This document shows positions 13,901-24,000 of a DNA stretch of 64,000 nucleotides, in pieces. The stretch's first letter is position 1. Each line of letters starts with the position of its first letter. Both the position numbers and the translations under genes were made by a program. Source of the stretch: Antedon mediterranea (lineage: Eukaryota > Animalia > Echinodermata); assembly GCF_964355755.1 (NCBI RefSeq), contig NC_092671.1, positions 12,214,001 to 12,278,000 on the forward strand, written 5' to 3'. The notes under the pieces were generated by a model that was given only the letters and a program-made list of their open reading frames with translations, did no database searches and was not told where the DNA came from.

Positions 13901-15054
13901 TCAAAATTACTCTGGAAATCCGCAAACAATTTTCCAAAGAAGCAGATGGACAAACTGGTCTGGAATTATGCATTGTGTGTATAAAAATGAGTGATAAAAT
14001 TAGTGTTAATGCAATCCTTGGCCTGAATCAAGTAGTGATTAAACTGCAATTTAATATACATTGTCGTACTAGACGAAGTTTCAAAACTAAAACTATTAAG
14101 TAATAGCTGTAAAATTTCTTAGATCAACTGCTCTTCATTAAAGCTGTTAAAATCAACAACTTGCGATTTTATAAGTGCAATAGGAATCATAATTAAAAAT
14201 CCCTCCAATTAAGGACCACTGCACTGCGGCCTCTTATCTTTTAACATTACCTTGCAAAATCTACGTCCTAGAGTTCGGTTAAGCAAAAAGAAGACATTTC
14301 AAATTGATCAGCGATTCTTCTCAGTCCTTATTCAGAAATGTTTGTACAAAATATGCCTTTAAACTGGCAATATACATAATTTCATATAATAGGGCCAACT
14401 ATCAGATGGGACTTATCTATTCCTAACATTATATGATTCCTATTGCACTCACAAGTTTAAGATGTTTAGTTGTAGCATGGAGGGAAATTGTTTTCCGATT
14501 TTAACAGCTTTAATGAATTAAGAGCAGTTGAACAAAGAAATAACTTAGTAACTTGGTCTTGTACATACAAAAATAAGAGTAAATGCCGGTTAAATCACTA
14601 TAGGATTCGACCAGGTCAATGTTTGGAAAATCTCTGGTAATTATCAAAAGTGGTAATGGTCGGTAATTTTCTGCCTATTTTGAGGTGGATGGCAAGAAAT
14701 AACATTCATGAAATGTTCCGGTTCTGTCTGAAAAATGTATATAGGTGAACCTGCATTATCCATGATAGGCTGATCCGGAGAGAGAGAGAGAGAGAGAGAG
14801 GGGGGAGAGAGAGAGATGGGAGATGGCGAGAGATCCAAAAATTAGATCCAACCCAAATCCCCTAAATCAAAATCTTGAATCCGCCATCCTAATGTTGGAA
14901 AGACTGGGGAGGGAGGTGGACAAATACTATATGTAGGCCTAGTGGATTCGTGTTTTGTTTAAAGATATTGTACATTAATTGTTCTTTTATCCTTATTTCA
15001 GGCGATAGAGGTGTTTTTGCAGGCAGAGCCGATGTTGACAGAGGAAAAAGATGA
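7832..15054 (+). CDS. Peptide gene A: putative 72-aa secreted precursor with a 4-Cys module, RR site and C-terminal GKR
   Basis: Exons 7832-7907, 9587-9649, 13697-13723 and 15002-15054 have AG/GT boundaries and consistent phase 1: [75 protein letters not shown]-exon donor gtaagt at 7575; AATAAA at about 15106. Confidence 0.6.
8186..9548 (+). mobile_element. Non-autonomous hairpin-ended (Crypton-like) element, interrupted by a LINE
   Basis: The start tatacaaataatgaa..agtgtaa and the end cgtactattgcacgc..gtccaatcaaatgacaggaatttatttaggtgttat match the copy at 51668-52721. Confidence 0.65.
8505..9301 (+). mobile_element. 5'-truncated L2/CR1-group LINE with (ATGACT)n tail
   Basis: ORF 8569-9126 RT C-terminus ([23 protein letters not shown]); AATAAA at about 9261 followed by atgact repeats. 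Confidence 0.85.
9665..13000 (-). mobile_element. Near-complete ORF2 of an L2/Crack/Daphne-type LINE with (TTGAA)n tail
   Basis: APE region 12479-12988 (HFNSRS, GTVYRPP); 628-aa ORF 10088-11974 with [35 protein letters not shown]; 3' UTR, AATAAA and tail at 9665-9697. Confidence 0.93.
14113..14541. mobile_element. MITE-like element with about 40-bp imperfect terminal inverted repeats
   Basis: tcaactgctcttcattaaagctgttaaaatc versus gattttaacagctttaatgaattaagagcagttga. Confidence 0.65.
14778..14832. repeat. (GA)n microsatellite
   Basis: Direct observation. Confidence 0.95.
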
Positions 15055-15387
15055 TAATGTTATGTACTCTTTCTGTGTATTTTTTTATGATATTCAGTGA
15101 TTCAGAATAAAATATTCTCAGTGGTTGAATAAAATATACGCAAAAAAACACACCCATAGTTTTATTTTGTCTTTTGAATTGGATAATATTTCAGTTTGCT
15201 ATTACTGTTTTCTATTTATTCATTTACCAGAAACTTTCATGATAATTAACCATTTTTATAATTTAGGCCTAATGTATTGGGAATAATGTAGGTATAAAGG
15301 TTTAGTCTACGCTAGCAAACCTTTGACTAGAAAGACAAACAAACAAACCAACAATAAGAAAACAATGGAGTCAAAATATAGGCCTAA

Positions 15388-15832
15388 CAATTCAATTTCA
15401 ATTCAATTTCAATTTTTTTTTATTTCGGAAATATCATCCATATTAATAAACGTATAAACAGAAACAAAAAATAAAATAAAAAAATAAAAAATCCTAATCT
15501 CTAAACTTAAGTATAATAGAATGCTTCTCCATCTACAATACATTTTGGAGTTATGGAGCATATTTTTGCAAACACAAGCAACAAGGATTTTACCATTATT
15601 CAACATACGTTGCATAAAACCATAGGTAGATTTCCGCATGTACTCATTAAAGGAAGGGACACCATGTTCAATAAACATTGCACTGGCACTACTACTTCTA
15701 GAGACATTAAGTATACGGCGCAGAGCATTATTGTAACATACATTAAGAGATCTAATATTCTTCATACGATAGTTACACCAAAGGGCTGCACAATACATAT
15801 TAATACAGTAAGATCTAAAGAGACAACATTTT
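15388..15832 (-). mobile_element. 5'-truncated LINE 3' end with (TTGAA/TTGAAA) tail
   Basis: LFRSYC..MY...LW...YNNALRRILN..SASAMF RT C-terminal region; tail at 15388-15412. Confidence 0.75.
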
Positions 15833-17275
15833 TTCATTTCATTTCATTTCATTTTTCATTTCATTTATTTCAATATCATTATCGCAGCCTTAGCTGAATT
15901 ACAAAGATATTTACATTTGTTCAATATTAAAATTTGTATAAAAGTATAAAACCAATGATAATAATATATAAAAAAGGAGGCAATTTACACAAGAAATACA
16001 ATACAGGAACATTCAAAAAGTTTAGCTTAAAATATTAAAATAGAAAAAAAACACCTAAAAGCATCAAGAAGAATCGCAAAGCTGTACTGGGTGATATATA
16101 CTGATTATTCATTTAGAAGCAAGATAAGGTATGGTATTGCACTTTTTCTATATCTTTCAACTCTGCATTTGGGTTGTTGATACTTTACACGTCTTAGTTT
16201 CATGTTACTTACATTCTTCACTGGAAACCATTTTCCAAAATGAATACTTTTTGAACAATTCAGAGCAAACTTATAGCATAGATTACGCCTTCTATCAGAT
16301 AAAGTGTCTAAAGAAAGATCATTGAGTGCTTGGTCATAACATATGTAGTCATTACACAATATTATTCTGCAAGCCCTTTTTTGGACAGATTCTATCATAT
16401 CACTTTGTTTCTTAGTGAGACTAGAATGCCATACTGGGACAGCATATTCAACACTTGGTCTTATGTAACTCTTAAATACATCTACAAGATCAAATTTCGG
16501 AAGATTGAACTTTCTTAATCTACATAATATAATTTATGCAGACGTCTGCTGGCTTTGGATACAATTTCTTTAACATTACGGTCCCATTTGAGGTTAGCTT
16601 GTATCCATAAACCTAGTAACTTAGTTTCATTAACAATTTCAATTGTAGCATTACCAATGAAAAGGGGTTCATGTTCATATTGATTTCTTTGAAAGTTAAA
16701 ATACATAGTTTTACATTTAGTTGGGTTAAGTTTTAGTTTGTTTTCATTAGACCATACATTCAGTAAAGCAACATCATTCTGAATTGAGGAAATTACATCC
16801 TTTTTTACTATCTGTCCTATGCACAAATCATCTACATATTTCCAAGTTTTACATGGCGAGTCTTGCATGGCATCAATAATTAGAGCAAGAAAGATCATAG
16901 GCCCAAGGAGCGTACCTTGAGGGACGCCACATGTTAGATTAACACTCATTGATAAGGTGGATTTATAGCGTACTTGTTGGGTTCTGTTTGACAAAAAGCT
17001 AATTAACCACGGTACAATTTCAGGCCTACAACCAAGTGTTACTAATTTAGAAACTGCTATTGTGTGGTCAACACAATCGAATGCTTTACTAAAGTCAGTT
17101 AAAACTAACTGACCAACAGATTTGGGAATGTTACTGTACCTTCATAGAACACATTTAGTAGATCAACCAAATTATGGGTTGTAGAAAAGTGTTTACGGCA
17201 ACCATATTGGTTGTTATCAAGATTTTTCTCGATATCTGTTAAGAGCCATTTTTTAATGAAGCCCTCAGCTTCTAT
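15832..17275 (-). mobile_element. 5'-truncated L2/CR1-group LINE with (TGAAA)n tail
   Basis: NQYGCR..STTH, DFSKAFD, GVPQGTLLGP, KYVDD, ESVQKRACRII; tail at 15832-15870. Confidence 0.88.
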
Positions 17276-18103
17276 ATTGGTAGAGCATTTCATAAATTTG
17301 CGATTGAGTGAGTTGCTCCTAATGTAGGCGGACGGAGGTAATACAACGAGAAAATCATATATGGGCACTTCATGATAACCAAGTTTTTATCTGATTTTTT
17401 TCAGTTTTTTTATTTTACGTCGTTTTGTTCTCATTTCATGCACAATGTACAATAACGATGATTTCTAAAACCATGGACTTTACCAAACCTTCATTTATCA
17501 GTTCTACAAACTATTTTTATGCAGTTTCCAAAAGTTCATCAACTGATTTACACTAGTAAACTTGAGGAAACTCTTTCTGTGTGTTTGTTTATTTGATTGT
17601 GGGTTTGTTTGTGAACAGCTTATAGGACATGGTTTTTATTAAAAAAATTTTAAAATACCCCGGGATCTCAGCTGTGGGAGGTTGTATACCATTACACCAG
17701 ACTCACATTTAAAAGGATGTGAAATTAGCCTTATCACACTCAGCACTAAGACATAAGGGGCTCTTGGGGCTACCACTCGACTCATATGACATCGCTGTAT
17801 TTATTAAAGGTCCAGTGTGTTGTCACAGGAGCCAGTAAATCAGTAGGCGTAGGACTGTATGCACTATTGAAGTGCTCTCTAGTTCTATATGAAATGATAA
17901 GCTTTACGATGTTATTTTTATCTGCTTATATAATAAGCAGATATTATATAATATAATAATATATAAGCAGATAAAAATAACATCGTAAAGCTTATCATTT
18001 CATAATAATAATTAAATTTATTTATTATTATTTATGTAAATATTATTTACATAAATAATAATAAATAAATTATTATTTTCTATTGCGCTATAATTTATTT
18101 AAA

Positions 18104-18208
18104 TATATAAATATTGCGTTTTATGATATCAGTCTGCGCCTAAACATTATTAATCAAGTTGTGCAAAGCAAGCTTGCAAGTTACGGATCTACCTGGGTTG
18201 CAATAATA
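18104..18208 (+). promoter_or_regulatory. TATA box, initiator and non-coding first exon of peptide gene B
   Basis: TATATAAA at 18104, TCAGTC at 18129, donor gtaagt at 18209, acceptor ttccag ending 18357. Confidence 0.55.
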
Positions 18209-18365
18209 GTAAGTAAAATGTTATTATCTGCTAAAATAAATTTTCCTCGATTTTAGATTAACTTATTTTTTTTATTCTTATTTTTTAATTAATTAATTGG
18301 TTTTTCATTATACAATAATTATCATTATTTTTCCGTTCTCTGTATATTTCATTCCAGAAAACAAG

Positions 18366-19423
18366 ATGCTTCGATTTACAACAGTACTGTTAATATTGTG
18401 CTGTCGACTTGGATCTAAGATATCTAATGCAGGTTGGAAATATATAATATTGATGCATAATTGTGAATTAGTATTAGTTATCATTAATTAAACAAGAAAC
18501 ATTACAATTCAACAACACAATCCTTCTAATAATCGAAGAAAAAATACAAGAACAATCAGCCTTTGATTTGTTTTGAATTTTATCATTTGCTTATACTTAG
18601 ATAAGGCATGTAGTAGTGATGCTCACTGCACACCACCAGCGAGATGCTCTATTATAGATGGACTAGCTTTCTGTGGTAAGATGGTCTTTTTATATAAAAA
18701 AAAAAGGTACAGATATACACGTACGACACAAACCTACTGAAAACAATTTTGATAACGATAATCGGCCTTTACATTATACCTGTTTATTTTGACTTTTATA
18801 TTTTGCTACTTAGAGGTCGAATGTAGTACTGATAATAACTGCACTGCGCCAGAAAGATGTCACCATAACAGATATGGAATAGCTTTCTGTGGTAAGGTGT
18901 TTTTTTTTTGTTTATAAAAGGCATAAAATGTGAAAAGTGACTTTCTTATTAGGGTGTTTTTTTTTTTTTATAAAAGGCATAAAATGTGAAAAGTGACTTT
19001 CTTATAAGGGTGTTTTTTTGTTGTTTATAAAAGGCATAAAATGTGAAAAGTGACTTTCTTATTATGGTGTTTTTTGTTTTGTTTATAAAAGCCATAAAAT
19101 GTGAAAAGTGACTTTCTTATAAGGGTGTTTTTTTTGTTTATAAAAGGCATAAAATGTGAAAAGTGACTTTCTTATAAGGGTGTTTTTTTTTGTTTATAAA
19201 AGGCATAAAATGTGAAAAGTGACTTTCTTATTAGGGTGGTTTTTTTTGTTTATAAAAGGCATAAAATGTGAAAAGTGACTTTCTTATTAGGGTGTTTTTT
19301 TGTTTGTTTATAAAAGGCATAAAATGTGAAAAGTGACCGGGGTGTTTTTTTTTTTCATTTGTTACAGATAACTTAGTAGACGGTTTTTACATTAGCCAAG
19401 CAGATATTATTAGAGAAGATTAG
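18366..19423 (+). CDS. Peptide gene B: putative 91-aa secreted cysteine-rich peptide with two 4-Cys modules
   Basis: Exons 18366-18432, 18601-18675, 18814-18891 and 19368-19423, all phase 1 with AG/GT: MLRFTTVLLILCCRLGSKISNA/DKACSSDAHCTPPARCSIIDGLAFC/EVECSTDNNCTAPERCHHNRYGIAFC/DNLVDGFYISQADIIRED*. AATAAA at about 19496. Confidence 0.78.
18895..19350. repeat. Minisatellite, about 60-bp unit x7, filling the last intron of gene B
   Basis: Unit ggtg(t)n-gtttataaaaggcataaaatgtgaaaagtgactttcttat(t/a)ag. Confidence 0.97.
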
Positions 19424-19715
19424 AAAAGAAACTTAGACTTTAATATTGTAATAGCTTTTCCATTTATTTGGCAACAGATGACCGAGTGTTGGCACAATAA
19501 AATGTAACAATATTATAATAGTTTGTTGTCTTTTCTCTTCTTGGTTGAAAGCGCTATTTTTCCAGTATTTGCAGCTATAGGCCCGGTACTACAATGTTAA
19601 TTCTTTTTTTTTTCTTTTTTTTTTTTTGGTCTTGTTTACATTATTGTTTACCCTGTATATATTTTATATTCCGATCAGAGAAACGCACCCTATATAGTGT
19701 ACGAGCTTAATATAT

Positions 19716-20402
19716 AACTCTATAGTTCACTATGTCAGTCGGTCGGTCGGTCTGTCGGTCTGTCTGTCTGTCGGTCCGGTATCACTATGCGTTTTATCGC
19801 TTTCTGACCTTATCTTGATATCAGTTTAATCTAGCTAAGTCAATTTTTCACAGTATATTCCTTATGGCCAGGAATCGATGTTTTCACGGTGCGCAATAAA
19901 AAATTACGCGGTCTACGCACGATTTAACGAAATCACGTTTGTAATCATATCTTCACAACCATGAAATTAAATAAAATTTGGTACTCATAAATTTCAGGGC
20001 ATAAATCATCATATTATGGCAATACAATTACGTGCGTAGCGCATGTAACGCATGCGTACGTACTCGCGCTTAAAATTTTCAAAATTTATTTTCGATGATA
20101 TAAGAGTACGTTTCAGGCAATTTTAAGCGTTTACAAAATTGCCATGAGTGCGCAGATTTTTGCGCGCGCACTGCGCGTTAAATGTTGTTGCGCACTCTTT
20201 TTGCCCGATTTCTGTTTTCTTGACTTACTTTTCAACTCGAAATTACGTTATACGAGCACGTCAAAAGTGACAGGCTACGCACGTGTAAATTAAAAAAATA
20301 TAAATGTTTTTAAACATTTCAACATGTTCAGTAATTTCGGTCAGTTGGTAGGTTGGTCGGTCGGTCGCACGCGACTGCAGCCATCTATATGGCTTTGTTT
20401 TT
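19716..20402 (-). mobile_element. Longer Helentron/DINE-1-like element related to 4547-4662
   Basis: Inverted copy of the core plus (GTCG/GTCT)n tracts near both ends; the terminus aacaaagcc..agtcgcgtgcg resembles aacaaggcc..agtcgcatgc. Confidence 0.55.
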
Positions 20403-21078
20403 TTAAAGTAGGCTTCCATGACCTAATTTTCTTTTTACTCTTGTTTCCTTTCCTTATATTAAAAATGTTGGTTATAATATATCATTTATTGTGAACACAA
20501 TATTAATTAAGCAAATTAAAATAACTATAATACATAGTTTGTTTTGACCTTTTTTAGGTAACTATAATCATAGAGATATTATAGTTACTATAATATCACT
20601 ATAATATCTCTATGCTATAATCATGGAAGAGTGAAATTGTGACTCTTCTAATAATAGTGTGAGTCAGAAGCTTGAAGTGAAGAAGAAAATAACGTTTCAT
20701 AACATGCCATGCGCCGCTACACCATGGAAAATGTGTATAGCGCCAACATCAGTCGCAAACCACTGCTCCTCCTCTCACTGGATGCGATATCTAGTCAGCT
20801 CATCAGAGCAGACAGGTTTTTCAATTTAACATCATAATAATGCCTGGTTACTAATTATTAATTAATAACTGAATAAAATTTATTAAGGAATTATTAATAA
20901 ATATTACAATTATAATAAAAGAACAAATGAAAAGTATTAAATACAGTACAATCTGTTTTTAAAAACGTGCCCTATAACACATCCACCAGAAGTTGACGTC
21001 CGACGATGCGATTTCGAGGTCGATTTCGCCACACTGTGAAAAGAAAATCATTCTGTTGGGTTAAATAATTAACCCAAA

Positions 21079-24000
21079 ATGCCACCCAAGAAGGCACAAC
21101 AACCAAGTAAGAAAAATGATCAGAAGAAAAAAGAAAAGATTATTGAGGTTAAGTTTCTATTTGAATTATTTTCGCTGTTATGCTCGTTTATAATACACAT
21201 TTCAATTTGTAAGTAGCCTAGGCCTAGCCTAGCTGCTGTAGTGTAGGCCTACCTAGCCTACTAGCTACTAGCCTAGGCCTAGGCTACCTATAGTATGCCT
21301 CGAGTCTAGTAGACTTATGTTTTATTATTGAAAACTAGGCCTATTATGATACATATCTATATCTAGGGCCCTGTTTCTGCTGCCAACTAAATACCGTATA
21401 TTATACGGTATTTTTTTAATACCGTATTATGCGTATATATACGGTATATTTTTGGCAGCAGAAACTGCTCTCATAAAAAATATACCGTATTTTCCCCACA
21501 AAATTTGTGGATAAAATACGGTATTTACAAATTTATACCGTATTTTTTGTACCCGTTTCTGCTGCCAATAAAAAATACCGTATTTTTTTTTTACATGACA
21601 AAAGGTCAACATTCGTATTTTTATTTTCTGTCGCTGTCAGCTGTTTTACACACGTGTATATATATATTCGGCGAAAATGTGGAGCGAAGACGTTACAGTT
21701 TTACTAAATAAATTTGCGTGGGGAAGCTAAAATGTCTGGCCAACTAAGGTAATAAAAGGGACAACCACATTTATAAAGACATTTCTAAAAAAATAAAGCA
21801 GGAGTATGGAATAGACTTGTCTCCAAAGCAAGTAAACTCAAAGCTGAAGAGCCTGCGAAAGCAGTACAACATTGCAAAATACAATAACTCGGGGAGGGAA
21901 CGAATTAATTGTCCCCATTACGATGTTTTCTGTGCTCTCACAACATCTCTATCACTAGGGCTAGGCTGTTGAAAGTGAGACGTAAAACTTCCTTTATTGC
22001 GACTTTTAATTATCGATCAAATAAATGAATGGCAATTTGGGTAAAAAAGATGAAATTTAACACGACCACCCAAGAAGCATTGTTAGCAGAAACGGGGTAC
22101 TAAAAAATACCGTATTTTTATACCGTATTTTGAGCAGTTGCAGCAGAAACAGGCCCTAGGATAGTATACCTTCCTAGCTAGCCTAGGCTCTAGCTGGTTT
22201 ACAGCCGAAACGATTGAATGTATGAAACGCCGCGTGTGCCGTTTGTCATACAACGTGTAATCAAAACGACGTGTGTTTAAAGCCTGATTTCCTGTCGACG
22301 TTTTAATACGTTGAGTTGCGTTGAGTTTAAAATCGTTAAAGTTGAAAATAAAATAGCGATGACGATGATCGAGTCGGACCGCTAATATTTACACATTTTT
22401 ACACGATCGTTCATAGTTTCTTGGTTCTCTCGAGCGTTGCTGGGACACGCGGACGTGAAGTGTTGCAAAACTATAAGGCCGGCCACGCGCAGCCGGGACC
22501 GCGTGAAAATTGAAAAAGTTACGGGTTTTGATGCTTAAACCCAGCCTAGGACATGCTTTCGTTGATATCTTAATCTAGGTTTACACTAAAGACAAACATT
22601 AAATTTAATTGGTTTAATATTATAATTTAACTTGCACTTGTTTTTTTTAAATATCAGACCTTAAAAGTGTACAAAAAAGGTGAAAAACATCGTCGCGTTG
22701 TAAACATTCAAGAATTGTCAGCGCATACCTATTTTTTCACAAACTGCAATGACGTAATTTGTGGACCATTTGATTGGTCAGTTTTAACGATCGTAATCGT
22801 TAAAGTTGAACTCGGTTCAACTTTAACGATTTAAAATTTTAACGATTTTCAACGTTAATTTTTACCCCCTTTTCCTGTTAAATCGTTGAATGTCAACTCA
22901 ACGCAACTCAACGTAACTTAACGTCGACAGGAAAACAGGCTTTAATACAATTGTTTTACTTTTTTTCAGATTGAAATGACTTCACGTATGTGACTTAATA
23001 AATATATAACAGATAGATGTTTTTAATTATTTATGTATTATTATGTTTATCATCGTATAATAATGAATGTTGTGTAAACAGACTAAACATAGTTGGGTTT
23101 TTTATTTATTTTTTAAATGTAGGCCTAGGCCTACTGTACAGTAAAAGTGTAAGGAAAAGAATTAAAATTGGACAAAATACAGTATTTGTTTGAATACGTT
23201 AAATAAATTTAAAATGGTGAATTATTATAACTAGATGGTACGCTCGCTTCGCTCGCGTACCATCTAGGTCGTGCCCACAGATGGTTCTCGAATACACAGT
23301 AATTTCAGGGTAAAAAATCTGGCGATTTCAAATGCACGTACCGCAGGACTATAATACATTGTCGTTTACAGAAACGAATAAATAGACACAATGATTTATG
23401 TAGTCAAACAAAATTAGCACCCTGGGAATTACTTCCGAAAGAGAAACTTACCACAAAATTAGTCCAAATTGTTTATTCATTTAAAGAAACCCAATTATGG
23501 TTGAGGGATGGGAAAGAGGATAGGTACAAAGAAGAACAATTTTTAAATATATTCTTTATCCACGTCAGTAACGAAATATTGTTTTCATTTTTCATAGGCC
23601 TATAAATAATATACCACTAACGGTGACTAAATATAGTAAAACATTTGCGATTTAATACTTTGTTAAAACTGTCACTGTCATAGTCGATTGAAATAGTAAA
23701 GTACATGTAACGATACACCACTACGACGTTTATATTTTTTGTAATTATTAATTAATGCAAACGTTGAGAAGCAACTGTCAGTAATAAAGTTTATTTGTAT
23801 ATTACGTGTGTATATATCTAACAGTAGAGCCTACCCATAATCACAGTAATAAAGTTTATTTGTATATATTTTTTTACATCTAACAGTATTCACAGTAAGA
23901 AATGTTTGTATATATTTTTTTACATCTAACAGTATTCACAGTAAGAAATGTTCGATTCAAATGACGACCAAAAATGGTTAATAGGTATTTGCAGTACTGT

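Noticed and set aside
18895-19350. Regular repeats resembling a CRISPR array (also 59383-60235)
   Set aside because: No unique spacers, no cas genes, and a eukaryotic intron context; these are minisatellites.
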